A stretch of DNA of 64,000 nt from Bacillota bacterium. GTDB lineage: Bacteria; Bacillota; Clostridia; Acetivibrionales; DSM-1351. Below, in pieces: positions 42,334 through 52,544 of this stretch (positions within the stretch are counted from its first letter, which is position 1; each line of letters starts with the position of its first letter). Made by a program: the position numbers and the translations under genes. The DNA lies in the NCBI GenBank assembly GCA_023398105.1, contig JAEWST010000002.1:107755-171754 (forward strand), read 5' to 3'. Under the pieces are notes generated by a model. The model did no database searches, was not told the DNA's origin, and worked only from the letters and a program-made list of their open reading frames with translations.

Positions 42334-42373
42334 AAAAAGAGAACCTAGGAATTATTATCCAGGTTCTCTTTTT
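42334..42373. terminator. bidirectional terminator between fhs and the cotS-like gene
   Basis: AAAAAGAGAACCT...AGGTTCTCTTTTT. Confidence 0.8.
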
Positions 42374-42527
42374 ATAACGCCTAGTTTCAAAATGAAATTT
42401 TTCGATTGTAGAAAAATTTCATTACATCAGCGGCGTTTCATCGAGGCGGGAGATATCCTCACCGCCTGAAAATCAAAGCGGTACCCGCCACTTGTAGAAG
42501 TGGAGAACATTTTCTTGCCTCGCTATA
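42373..42527 (-). repeat. family A element, copy 2
   Basis: Reverse complement aligns end to end with 40402-40555. Confidence 0.92.
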
Positions 42528-42530
42528 AAT

Positions 42531-43514
42531 CTAAAGTGACCCAAAGTCACTTAAAAATACTTCAAGATACTTTATCTCATCAATTACCTCTTGAAGCCTA
42601 TTTATATAGCTTTTTTCTGTGCAACCTTTTTTACTGTTATAGTATTTATTCACAACCCTCCAAAACTTCTGAGGAAACATAAACATGATTTTCATTAACT
42701 CGAATTCGCTTTCGCATAATGATTCAATTTTACAATACTCATTAATAATTTTTGCCGCTTCATCAATATTCCATTCGCACTTTCTCATCTTTCGTCTTAA
42801 TAAGTTTACTAAATCGTATACTTTTAAATCATAACAGCAATATTCAAAATTAATTAAATACATTTCATCATTTTGAACAAAAATATTATGATGATTAAAA
42901 TCATGGTGAGATATATTTTTACTTTTCTCTGCATCTTCAACTAGTTCATAGTATTCTGAGGTATCTAGCATATTTATTGCTTTTCTCCCCATTTCGTAAA
43001 AATAATCAACATATTGACACATTAAGTTGTCAAATTTAAGCTTACCCTTCTGAGCATTCTTTTTAAGCTTTTTAATTTCATCCAATCGTTTTCTATAGCA
43101 GCTCGGCAATCTTCCAAGCTCACTTCTAACCTTACTTTCTTCTGAGCAAATAAATCCTTTTGAAGCCTTATGCATATTTGCAAGTAGTTTTGCACATCTT
43201 ATAGTTTCATCCTTGTTGTCAAGACTACATTCTCTGCCATCAATAACATTACTCATATATATAGTTTGATTATCATACGTTATAAATGATTTCCCCGTAT
43301 TGGTACAAATATTTATGTCAATATTTGTAAATCCATTATTAAATAGATGCTCCTTCACCTCTGCAATAAAACAAACTCTATCTGGTTTTAGTGTTGTTAT
43401 TTTAATTAGTCTTTTACCATTACTTGTATTGGCAATAAACATATCCCTGTAATTGGTAATGCTATTTATTTTAATGTCATAGTTTTCCTGCAGTTGGTTT
43501 TCCAATTCATGCAT
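42531..43514 (-). CDS. CotS-family spore coat kinase-like protein
   Basis: LANMHKAS, SHHDFNHHNI, YDLVNLLRRKMRK and FPQKFW motifs; start moved to the ATG after GGAGGT. Confidence 0.85.
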   Translation of the reverse strand: MHELENQLQENYDIKINSITNYRDMFIANTSNGKRLIKITTLKPDRVCFIAEVKEHLFNNGFTNIDINICTNTGKSFITYDNQTIYMSNVIDGRECSLDNKDETIRCAKLLANMHKASKGFICSEESKVRSELGRLPSCYRKRLDEIKKLKKNAQKGKLKFDNLMCQYVDYFYEMGRKAINMLDTSEYYELVEDAEKSKNISHHDFNHHNIFVQNDEMYLINFEYCCYDLKVYDLVNLLRRKMRKCEWNIDEAAKIINEYCKIESLCESEFELMKIMFMFPQKFWRVVNKYYNSKKGCTEKSYINRLQEVIDEIKYLEVFLSDFGSL

Positions 43515-43594
43515 TTTGACCTCCATGAGCCGAATTACGGCAACAAAATGTAATACAGTATATATCATTAATAAGCCGCATATTGGTCATAAAT

Positions 43595-43749
43595 TATAAC
43601 GCCTAGATTCAAAATGAAATTTTTCGATTGTAGAAAAATTTCATTACATCAGCGGCGTTTCATCGAGGCGGGAGATATTCTCACTGCCTTATAACCAAAG
43701 TGATACCCGCCACTTATAGAAGTGAGGGAATTTTTCTTGCCTCGTTATT
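43595..43749 (-). repeat. family A element, copy 3
   Basis: Direct repeat of 42373-42527. Confidence 0.92.
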
Positions 43750-44097
43750 ATTTCTAATCTGGTTACTAAAGTCATTTAGTTACAAAGCCTTTACCCTGTA
43801 TCCAACTCTAAAAATACTCTGTCTCTAGCATTTTGTTTCAAACACAATATAACTCTAGAGTTTTTAATAATTTATTGATTTTAAACATTGGCATACCTTA
43901 GTAAAATAGCTCCCTAAATAGTTTAACCATTTCTTTAATAAATTTCACGTAACGTAGCTCCAAACCTAAAATTTCGTTCGATAGTAATTGACCTTTGTTA
44001 TTTGTATTTTTTTTGTAAACATGTGCTAATAAATTATATGATTTTAAAAGCAAATGTAGACTTAAAAATTAAAATCCTATTAATTTAAGTTATTTTG

Positions 44098-44462
44098 CTC
44101 AAATCTCTCAGTTAAAATTGTAGGTGTGGAAGGCTTATCAAATGAAAAGTTAAGTAATTTTATATAATATAATTGTTTACTTAGAAACAAGCATTAGTAA
44201 ACTTGTTCATGGATAGACTTTTCATTCAAAATTATGATTAATACTAATTGCATGAATTAGTTGTTAATAAAGCTTGCTGAAGAATATAAGAATATTTAGT
44301 GTTAATAAAATCACAAAAGCAGTATGCATGTATGTCTTAAATTGCTCAGCAAACTCGAAGGTTTTATGCTGAGAAAAAGACACAATGTCGGTTTTAGCAC
44401 ATTATGAACCATGGAAGGTGTATGTGGAAAGGCAGCAAAGCATTGATAGGTTTCCCATATAG
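44098..44462 (+). repeat. family B element, long degenerate copy
   Basis: CAGTTAAAATTGTAGGTGT, CATGAATTAGTTG and ATGTCGGTTTTAGCACA..ATGAACCATGGA shared with 27007-27275. Confidence 0.75.
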
Positions 44463-44471
44463 TTATATTTT

Positions 44472-44663
44472 TTATGCCATAAATTTTAAAAAAATAAGAA
44501 GAATTAAACCCGGAACTCCTAAAATACCAATAATTAGTGCAGAATATATATTTAAAGCTATGTAAAAGTTAAAATAAATACCTATAAAATTAATTACAGC
44601 TAATAAAACTCCACCTAACACTGTATTAATTAATAACTTTTTTACTAACTTGACAGCATTCAT
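44472..44663 (-). CDS. bofA: pro-sigmaK processing inhibitor BofA family protein
   Basis: KLLINTVLGGVLLAVIN..GILGVPG; downstream of yaaL. Confidence 0.82.
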   Translation of the reverse strand: MNAVKLVKKLLINTVLGGVLLAVINFIGIYFNFYIALNIYSALIIGILGVPGLILLIFLKFMA

Positions 44664-44846
44664 TTTTTCACCCCTTTTAAAAAGTCAATTACTATAACAA
44701 TACAAATATTTGTTAAAACTCCGCACAAAGGATGCTTTAACTTTAGCTAAGAATTATTATCATCATAATTAACTTTAATATAAATAAGTTATTTAGTTTG
44801 TTCTTTACTAAATATATTTTAGGGATGTCTAATATATTCTATAAAG

Positions 44847-44927
44847 TTCAACTTACGCAGCTGAAAATTATAGGTATTTTGCATTATTAATGGAAAGTTG
44901 CGTTAGAAATGATTGCATGAATTAGTT
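44847..44927 (+). repeat. family B element, left-end fragment
   Basis: TTCAACTTACGCAGCTGAAAATTATAGGT...GGAAAGTTGCGTTAGAAATGATTGCATGAATTAGTT. Confidence 0.72.
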
Positions 44928-44983
44928 AGATGAGAATGAATGAAATTTGCTTAAAAAAATTAGTAATTATACTATGAATAGAA

Positions 44984-45238
44984 CTATATGTTACTTAGCC
45001 CTATCGCCTTTGCTAATCTAATAAGATACTCATATTGAGTTTCAAATGTTTTTATCTGATAAGTATAATAGTCTACAAGTAAAAAATCTGAAACAAAGTT
45101 AAAATTATTATATGCATCAGATAAATCACATTTAACTCTTTTAATGTCTAACAAGAGATTACTTTTTTCAACTTCTAAAACATCTTTTTCTATTGTATTG
45201 AAAACTCTATTTAGTGTTTTGTTAAAAGATATTTCCAT
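44984..45238 (-). CDS. yaaL: YaaL/DUF2508 family protein
   Basis: NFNFVSDFLLVDYYTYQIK..QYEYLIRLAK; start set at the ATG after GAGGAG. Confidence 0.78.
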   Translation of the reverse strand: MEISFNKTLNRVFNTIEKDVLEVEKSNLLLDIKRVKCDLSDAYNNFNFVSDFLLVDYYTYQIKTFETQYEYLIRLAKAIGLSNI

Positions 45239-45263
45239 AAATTTCTCCTCTGTCATAATATAT

Positions 45264-45419
45264 TATAACTCCCAGATTCAAAATGAAATTTTTCGATTGT
45301 AGAAAAATTTCATTTCATCAGCGGCGTGTAAGCGAGGCGTGGGATATTCTCACCACCTGAAAATCAAAGCAGTACGCACCACTTATAGAAGTGGGGGGAC
45401 ATTTTATTGCCTCGTTATA
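45264..45419 (-). repeat. family A element, copy 4
   Basis: Aligns end to end with copies 2 and 3. Confidence 0.92.
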
Positions 45420-45479
45420 AATGATTGACCTTTTATTATAATATTTATACATAAATGGAAATATTCTATATATTCTAAA

Positions 45480-46010
45480 TTAATACTTTTCTATAAGCAA
45501 TGCACCATTATTCTCTATTATATTGATAATTGATTCCATCCTGTCATCATCCACCTTCATACTAAATAGAGCATTACCCTTTGAAACTAAATCTTCATAC
45601 GCCCTTCTTTTTTCTTCTGGTATTTTAGCATCAGCTATTCCACCTATAATGCCTCCAAATATAAAACCAACTATAAGACCCGAAATTGGACCAACAGCTT
45701 CAATAAAACTTAAATCCTGAAAAAACATACTTACAGCACCAATTAGTATTCCAATAACTCCTCCCAATATCCCACCAGTGACTATTCCATCAAATATTCT
45801 TTCTCTCCTACTGAAAATATATGGTATTGAATCGCTTACCATTAATTTCATATGTCCATCCCCATTATTTGATTTATAATATGCTTTATTACCGCTGTCC
45901 TTAACAAGTATAGAGATATTATCTGTTTTAAGACCTTTATCTCTGACTTCATAGGCCGTTTTTTCTGCATTATCAAATAATTCAAAAATAGCTACAATTG
46001 TCTTAGCCAA
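45480..46010 (-). CDS. glycine-zipper membrane protein (general stress protein-like)
   Basis: KTIVAIF..AEK, GGILGGVIG glycine zipper, IPEEKRRAYE. Confidence 0.7.
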   Translation of the reverse strand: MAKTIVAIFELFDNAEKTAYEVRDKGLKTDNISILVKDSGNKAYYKSNNGDGHMKLMVSDSIPYIFSRRERIFDGIVTGGILGGVIGILIGAVSMFFQDLSFIEAVGPISGLIVGFIFGGIIGGIADAKIPEEKRRAYEDLVSKGNALFSMKVDDDRMESIINIIENNGALLIEKY

Positions 46011-46243
46011 TCAAATCACTCCAAAAAAAAAGTGTTATTTTATCTTTATCTTAAATATAGTTTTTTATTCAAGATATCTAAACCTGCAAGATTAGCATAT
46101 TATGTCTAATGTACTCAAAATCAGAAAATTTATAAGCACTTGAAATTACTGATATTATCAGAATAATAAAATATAGTATGTAGTTTTCTAACTTCAAAGT
46201 CAGAGTAAAACAATTTATTTCATTGTTATATATTCATAAAAAT

Positions 46244-46894
46244 TTATATATTCCAAAATATATGTTTTAATAGTTCTATTGGCCGCTCTATAAATATATC
46301 TGGTTTCACTCTTTCCAACTCAACAATTGGGCTGTATGTCCATGCAACTGCCGCACTCTTAATACCTGCGTCCTTAGCACATAATATATCTAATGGACTG
46401 TCTCCCACATATAAAACTTCATCCTTGTTCTTTACATTTGCCCTTTCCATAGCTTTTATCAGTGGCTCACCATCAGGTTTGTGTTTTGTTGAAGCTTCAG
46501 AGCCATTTACAAATAGAAAATAATCCATCAAATTAAAAACTTTTAATCCTCTAATAGCAAGCTCTTGTCGTTTTGATGTAACTACTCCCAAAACTATACC
46601 CTTTTCATACAAGGTCTTAATTAAGTGGTATATACCTATAAAAATTGCTATGCTATTATCGTGTTTTTTTTCATTATATTCACGATATGTTTTTGCAAGT
46701 TCTTCTTCTCTTCCTGGGTAAATATCCTTTAGATGGTTCATTAGCGGCATACCAATATAACTAATAGTTTCCTCCTGAGGTCTAGTAGCGCCAAAGTGGT
46801 GCATAAAGGTATAATTAAAAGATTCTAATATAAGTGGAACTGTATCAATCAGTGTTCCATCCAAATCAAAGAAAACATATTTAAATTTATTCAT
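46244..46894 (-). CDS. HAD-family hydrolase, PpaX-like pyrophosphatase
   Basis: FDLDGTLIDT, VVTSK, HKPDGEP and YVGDSPLD motifs. Confidence 0.85.
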   Translation of the reverse strand: MNKFKYVFFDLDGTLIDTVPLILESFNYTFMHHFGATRPQEETISYIGMPLMNHLKDIYPGREEELAKTYREYNEKKHDNSIAIFIGIYHLIKTLYEKGIVLGVVTSKRQELAIRGLKVFNLMDYFLFVNGSEASTKHKPDGEPLIKAMERANVKNKDEVLYVGDSPLDILCAKDAGIKSAAVAWTYSPIVELERVKPDIFIERPIELLKHIFWNI

Positions 46895-47297
46895 TTATAA
46901 TCTTACCTTTCATATAATCTTTTTTACTGCCAATATCTTTGTATTGTACTTGCACATCAAAAACCGAACATTTTATCTTATATATGCGTATACTATATTG
47001 CATTGTATGACTATTTTAAATGTTAAGCTTTATTTACTTGTTAATTTTATTAATATTAATTATAATCTATATTATATATAAAAAAAATATATAATATAGA
47101 TATATAAATGGCTATAATATATTTTTATGAGTAGATTTTATCATTTTGATTATATTTATTAATTACTCAGTTTATTTTCTATTTATCTAAATCTAATAAA
47201 TTTTAACACTTCGTTATATAAATTTAGATTTAGTAATTAAAGGATAAAATATCCATATAGCAGTAAAAATTTTTTGAAAAGTTGAGGGTGAATTTAA

Positions 47298-47837
47298 TTG
47301 AAAAACAAAATTATACATTCATTACCCAATCTACTAACATTTATGAATTTATCACTTGGTATTATTGCTCTATTATTTGCAATTAAAAACGAATTGATTC
47401 AAGCATCTTTGTTAGTAATGGTTGCGGCGTTAACTGATAGATTTGATGGCAAGGCTGCTAGAATGTTGGATTGTACTAGTGAATTGGGAAAAGAATTAGA
47501 TTCTTTATCAGATGTAATTTCATTTGGTGTTTCTCCTATAATAATAGCTTGGAAGATTAGTTTCTTTAATTTAGGTATTTTAGGATACTTGCTTGCTGTT
47601 ATATATCCTATTGCTGGAGCTTACAGGCTTGCAAGATATAATGTTTCTACATTTAATAATGTGTTTTCTGGAGTACCAATAACAATTGCTGGTGCTTTTC
47701 TATCAATAGTTAATTTATATAATAGCTTTTCTCTTATACGCCAAACATATAGTAATATAAACACTATAGTTTGTGGTCTTATAATTGTTTTATTATCATA
47801 TTTAATGGTTAGTAATATACAAGTTAAAAAGAGATAA
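47298..47837 (+). CDS. pssA: CDP-diacylglycerol--serine O-phosphatidyltransferase
   Basis: DRFDGKAAR..GKELDSLSDVISFG and RLARYN motifs. Confidence 0.85.
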   Translation: MKNKIIHSLPNLLTFMNLSLGIIALLFAIKNELIQASLLVMVAALTDRFDGKAARMLDCTSELGKELDSLSDVISFGVSPIIIAWKISFFNLGILGYLLAVIYPIAGAYRLARYNVSTFNNVFSGVPITIAGAFLSIVNLYNSFSLIRQTYSNINTIVCGLIIVLLSYLMVSNIQVKKR

Positions 47838-48010
47838 TTTAATCCACACTTTTATATCTGTAAAGTGTTCTTTATCCACATTCTTATATGGATATGTAGA
47901 TATCTATCCTCCTAACAATCTACTAATATATTTTACTTTACATTGAGAGGTGAGCATGATAGCCTTCTAGTTTGCAAAGCCGTATTATAGGATGGCTTTC
48001 CAATCAATTA

Positions 48011-48088
48011 TTCTTTCTCACAGAGGCTAATTGTAAAGAAAAATATAGCTCGGAAATAGGAAGCCTACCTATACATTTTTTGATTACC
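48011..48088. repeat. family C 78 bp repeat, copy 1
   Basis: Ungapped 59/78 match to 53223-53300 by manual alignment. Confidence 0.7.
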
Positions 48089-48144
48089 TCCACATAAAAG
48101 AAGCTATATCAAAACATGAAATTTACTGAATTTTTGTGGAAATA

Positions 48145-48182
48145 TAAAAAAGATAGAAACATATAAAATGTTTTTATCTTTT
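48145..48182. terminator. terminator downstream of the tRNA pair
   Basis: AAAAAGATAGAAACAT...ATGTTTTTATCTTTT stem. Confidence 0.65.
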
Positions 48183-48274
48183 TGGCGGAGAAGAAGGGAT
48201 TCGAACCCTTGCTAGGATTGCTCCTACTAACGGTTTAGCAAACCGCCCCCTTCGACCTACTTGGGTACTTCTCC
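48183..48274 (-). tRNA. tRNA-Ser(GCT)
   Basis: Cloverleaf with long variable arm, anticodon loop TT-GCT-AA, GGTTCGAATCC, encoded CCA. Confidence 0.96.
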
Positions 48275-48319
48275 ATTTATAATATGCTAACCACAAAGTA
48301 AATTGAACTAGCATATTAT

Positions 48320-48410
48320 TGGCGGAGAGACAGGGATTCGAACCCTGGATAGGCTCACACCTATGCCGGTTTTCAAGACCGGTGCCTTAAACCAACTCGA
48401 CCATCTCTCC
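48320..48410 (-). tRNA. tRNA-Ser(TGA)
   Basis: Anticodon loop CT-TGA-AA, long variable arm, GGTTCGAATCC, encoded CCA. Confidence 0.96.
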
Positions 48411-48435
48411 ATAAATTGCTTACGCAACGAACTTT

Positions 48436-48464
48436 ATTTTACAATGAATCAGTATATTTGTCAA
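48436..48464 (-). promoter_or_regulatory. sigmaA promoter of the tRNA-Ser pair
   Basis: TTGACA-17-TAAAAT. Confidence 0.75.
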
Positions 48465-48782
48465 TACTTTATATGAAAAACTTAATTATTAAATATTCCC
48501 ATCTTAAACTAAATCTGGAATTCACTTATCCAAATGGACAAGCTTTGAACAAATAACTTCCATTTTAGTTGATTTTACTGGAGCTATTTTTTATTTGAAT
48601 GAAAAAGTAAATTTCACTCTCATCTCTATATGAAATTTACTCTTTCAGTTCAACTATTTAAAAACAACATTTAGCACAGAATATTCTTTAATAAATTTAT
48701 ATAATATGAGTTGAATATGTGTATTCTAAATTTCTAACTATATTTATTTTGAGTAATATTCAAATTCTAATTAATATAAATG

Positions 48783-49547
48783 TCAACCTAGAAGCTCATT
48801 ATATAATACTTTCATCGGAGAAATAAAAGTGCTATTTGGATAATTACTAATAAAAGTATTAATGAGTAATTTTGCTTCATTATATTTTGATACTTTATAG
48901 TAGCTTTTAGCTAAATAGAAATATGCATCATCCATAAAATATTCATTTTTTTGTCCAAAGTCAATGGCTCTGTTTAAGTTTTCAATTGCTTCATTGAACT
49001 TTTTATTTTTATAACTCTTATATCCATCTGAATAAAGCATTAGTGCTGCTTTATTATAACTATTTGAAACTAAATATTCGTATATTTCTTTTGATTTTGT
49101 AGTCAATAATTCAGTATTTATATCGTATTTAAGCTTTAATGCACATTTAACATAATCCTCTTTATTATAATACTCATATGCACCAAGTAATAAATCATTA
49201 CAAACTATAGTATTACTATACTTCGTTTCTAAATTAAGGGTTTTACCTTCTTCTAATTTAAAATTTTGCTCAGATTGAATTAATTTATTTCTAATGGATT
49301 CAATCTCCGCTGTAAGTCTATCAATTTCCTTTAAAGCTGCATTATAATCAGTAACTACATTTATCTTCGCTTTTTCTTCTGTTGAAAGCTTACTCTGATA
49401 TTCACTAATATTATTTTGAAATTTTACTTGGCTATAAGCAGTTAATAATAAAACTATAAAAGCACCAGTAAACAAAATAAGTGCATATATCCATATTTGT
49501 TTTTTATCATTTTTACTATCACTATGATTAATAAACTTTAAATTCAT
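48783..49547 (-). CDS. membrane-anchored coiled-coil + TPR protein
   Basis: N-terminal TM, coiled coil, C-terminal DDAYFYLAKSYY..YPNS TPR. Confidence 0.78.
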   Translation of the reverse strand: MNLKFINHSDSKNDKKQIWIYALILFTGAFIVLLLTAYSQVKFQNNISEYQSKLSTEEKAKINVVTDYNAALKEIDRLTAEIESIRNKLIQSEQNFKLEEGKTLNLETKYSNTIVCNDLLLGAYEYYNKEDYVKCALKLKYDINTELLTTKSKEIYEYLVSNSYNKAALMLYSDGYKSYKNKKFNEAIENLNRAIDFGQKNEYFMDDAYFYLAKSYYKVSKYNEAKLLINTFISNYPNSTFISPMKVLYNELLG

Positions 49548-49595
49548 AACAAAATGCCTCCAAATTACACAATTGGAATAGGTATTATTTCAATA

Positions 49596-50126
49596 TTAAT
49601 TTGTATAATTTCTCTCTATATTTGTTTTTTTTGCTATATCTATCGCTTGAATTTCTTCAGCTGATAATGAATACTTTGACTTACCTGAAATAATAGGTTT
49701 TGCATATGTTGAGGAGCTATCTCTAGCATATATTCCACTTATAACAATTCCTGAATCATTATTATCAAGAAGAGCAATTGCAAAGCTTAAATCACTTCCT
49801 ACATTATCAAAAGCATTAAACCTTATTATTCCAAATTTTTGTATACACTGAAATAAATTTCTTTCTATATTATTTATTTTAACTTCAATATCTTTATTTT
49901 TAGCACTAACAGAATTTATATTTGTTAAGCAAGTTTCCAAAAGCTCTTCCATATTTCTGTCACTTAATCCATTCATAAACCTACTATATTTAATTTTTAA
50001 CTTATTTGTTTTTCTCATATTCAAAAATAACAATATACAATTAATTAAAATAAAAACAAAACTAATAATAAATAAGAATTGAATTTCAAATTGTATGTTT
50101 ATTATATTACTAAAAAAATCATTCAT
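49596..50126 (-). CDS. DUF4446-like membrane protein
   Basis: IQKFGIIRFNAFDNVGSDLSFAIALLD..YAKPI..LSAEE; typical neighbour of parB. Confidence 0.78.
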   Translation of the reverse strand: MNDFFSNIINIQFEIQFLFIISFVFILINCILLFLNMRKTNKLKIKYSRFMNGLSDRNMEELLETCLTNINSVSAKNKDIEVKINNIERNLFQCIQKFGIIRFNAFDNVGSDLSFAIALLDNNDSGIVISGIYARDSSSTYAKPIISGKSKYSLSAEEIQAIDIAKKTNIERNYTN

Positions 50127-50591
50127 TCTTTAATGCTCCTTATTATTTAAAATACATTAGTAACCTTTACAACATTAAAAGTCTTTCAGTGTTCAAATTA
50201 TAAAATTGTTTATTACTATAATAAATGTAATAAATTAGTTAATTAGTAAATAGTAAAACTGTTATTGTATATATCATTATTTTTATCCGTTGAACACATT
50301 TATCATCTATTGTTCATAATATGTAAAAAATATATCCTGCATTTTTTACATTTAGGATTGCAAACTATTTCATTCAATATTTATAAACAAACTTTATTAG
50401 CGTCTTAAATTTTTATTACAAATGTAGACTTCTTAAATATATCTCAATTAATTAAAAATAATTTAGTATTTTTGACTATATTATTCTATTTGGTCCTATT
50501 TTGATTTTTACGCCACTTTAATGCTTTATATACATATTATATTGGATACTATAAAAAAATTAATTACAATTGATTTTATAAGGTCACTTTT

Positions 50592-51437
50592 TTAAGACTT
50601 ATTGTAAAAATAATCCAACAATCTGTCCAGTTCATCATTTGAATAATACTCAATTACTATTTTTCCTTTATTTTTATTAGCATTTAATTTTACTTTAGTA
50701 CCTAAAATATTTTTTAGTTTATCTTCAACATATTTATATTCTAGATTCTCTGATTTTGTATTTTTATTCTTTTCCTTTTTGTGTAAAATACTTTTAATAT
50801 AGTTTTCTGTTTCTCTTACACTAAGTTTATTATTTATAATATATTCTGCAGCAGATTTTTGTAATTCTTCATTTTCAATAATAACTAATGTTCTTGCATG
50901 TCCACTAGTTAATTCACCACTTACTATAAATTTCTTTACATCATTTGAAAGCCCAAGTAATCTAATAGTATTAGCAATTGCTGATCTGCTTCTTCCTATT
51001 TTCTCAGCAATTTGCTCTTGCGTTAAGTTAAATTCGTTCATCAGGTTAATAAATGCATTAGCTTCTTCAATAGGATTGAGATCCTCTCTTTGAAGATTTT
51101 CTATAAGTGCAACCTCCATAACCTGTAATTCAGTAAAATCTTTAACTAATGCAGGTATAGTACTTAAACCAGCTAATTTTGCAGCTCTCCATCTTCTTTC
51201 TCCAGCTATTATTGTATAAATACTACTATCTTTTTTTACAATAATAGGTTGAATAATACCATGCTGTTTTATTGATTCTGATAGTTGTAATAATTTTTCA
51301 TCATCAAATAACTTACGTGGTTGAGCTGCATTTGGTTCAATTTCATTTATTTTCAATTCTAGAACTCCAATATTATCTTCCATAGATTCATTAGATATTA
51401 ATGCGCCTAATCCTTTACCTAAACCCTTTTTTATCAT
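50592..51437 (-). CDS. parB: chromosome partitioning protein ParB/Spo0J
   Basis: KGLGKGLGAL, IIAGERRWRAA and ALIENLQREDLNPIEEA motifs. Confidence 0.95.
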   Translation of the reverse strand: MIKKGLGKGLGALISNESMEDNIGVLELKINEIEPNAAQPRKLFDDEKLLQLSESIKQHGIIQPIIVKKDSSIYTIIAGERRWRAAKLAGLSTIPALVKDFTELQVMEVALIENLQREDLNPIEEANAFINLMNEFNLTQEQIAEKIGRSRSAIANTIRLLGLSNDVKKFIVSGELTSGHARTLVIIENEELQKSAAEYIINNKLSVRETENYIKSILHKKEKNKNTKSENLEYKYVEDKLKNILGTKVKLNANKNKGKIVIEYYSNDELDRLLDYFYNKS

Positions 51438-51442
51438 ATGAC

Positions 51443-52216
51443 CTATATCACCTCTTCAGAATACTCAATTACTTCTTCTGCTAAATCAATGTAACATTCT
51501 GCACCCTTTGATTTTGCATCATATAAAATAATGGGCAAACCAAAACTCGGAGCTTCACTTAATCTAACATTCCTAGGAATAATTGTTCGATAAACTTTAT
51601 TTTTAAAATATTTCTTTACTTCTTCAACAACTTGTATTGACAGGTTTGTTCTTGCATCAAACATAGTAAGAACTACACCTTCCACATCCAATTCTGGATT
51701 AAGATGTTTTTGAACAAGTTTTACTGTATTCATCAACTGACTAAGTCCTTCTAATGCATAGTATTCACATTGAATTGGAACTAAAATTGTGTCTGATGCA
51801 GTTAGTGAGTTTAGTGTGAGAAGTCCTAAAGAAGGAGGGCAATCAATAATTATAAAGTCAAACTCTTTTCTGATATAATATAAAGCAGCCTTTAATCTAT
51901 TTTCCCTTGATATCACAGAAACAAGTTCAACCTCTGCTCCTGCAAGTTGAATATTTGATGGACACAACATAAGATTATCTATACATGTCTTAACTAGAGT
52001 ATTTTCTATAGCCTCATCATTTATTATTACATCATATACCGACTGTTTTAAGGACTGTTTATCAACACCAAGTCCACTAGTAGTATTTCCTTGAGGGTCA
52101 ATATCTATTACGAGTACCTTTTTACCCTTGTATGCAAGACATGCACTTAAATTAACTGCAGTTGTAGTCTTACCTACGCCACCCTTTTGATTGGCTATGG
52201 CTATTATTTTTGCCAA
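51443..52216 (-). CDS. parA: chromosome partitioning ATPase ParA/Soj
   Basis: NQKGGVGKTTT, DIDPQGN and IIDCPPSLG motifs; start set at the TTG after AGGAG. Confidence 0.95.
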   Translation of the reverse strand: MAKIIAIANQKGGVGKTTTAVNLSACLAYKGKKVLVIDIDPQGNTTSGLGVDKQSLKQSVYDVIINDEAIENTLVKTCIDNLMLCPSNIQLAGAEVELVSVISRENRLKAALYYIRKEFDFIIIDCPPSLGLLTLNSLTASDTILVPIQCEYYALEGLSQLMNTVKLVQKHLNPELDVEGVVLTMFDARTNLSIQVVEEVKKYFKNKVYRTIIPRNVRLSEAPSFGLPIILYDAKSKGAECYIDLAEEVIEYSEEVI

Positions 52217-52428
52217 AAATATCTCACTCCTATCAAATTCCAAGTTAAATTAGTAAATTACTGATAAAACAATCATTATTTTTATTTTGTTTATAATATA
52301 TAAAATCTACATTTAACTATATTTCTTATTAATATCTTTTATAAAATATATATTATTAAAATAAATCTTTCTTTGAAATTATATCATAGTGAATATAATA
52401 ATACAAAGTTTTTATCTTATTGAATTAA

Positions 52429-52444
52429 TGTTTCACGTGAAACA
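52429..52444. other. parS site (perfect)
   Basis: TGTTTCACGTGAAACA. Confidence 0.92.
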
Positions 52445-52469
52445 TTGTACTGTTTATACATTATATAAA

Positions 52470-52544
52470 TTAACTTTCGCAGTTAAATATACTGCTTAAA
52501 GCCAAGTAATATAAGGTGTGGTAGTATTATTAATTGAAAGTTGG
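52470..52544 (+). repeat. family B 75 bp short module
   Basis: 67/75 identical to 18578-18652. Confidence 0.85.

Noticed and set aside
45257..45273. Copy 4 variant GGGAG acting as RBS for the ATG at 45256
   Set aside because: 12 nt spacing; a better GAGGAG-6 nt-ATG start exists at 45238
40402..45419. Family A repeats as a CRISPR array (AATTTTTCTAC looks Cas12a-like)
   Set aside because: Units are ~155 bp, in both orientations, separated by whole genes; no regular spacers and no cas genes
48183..48410. tRNA-Ser pair as an integration site with an island
   Set aside because: No integrase and no duplicated tRNA 3' end found nearby
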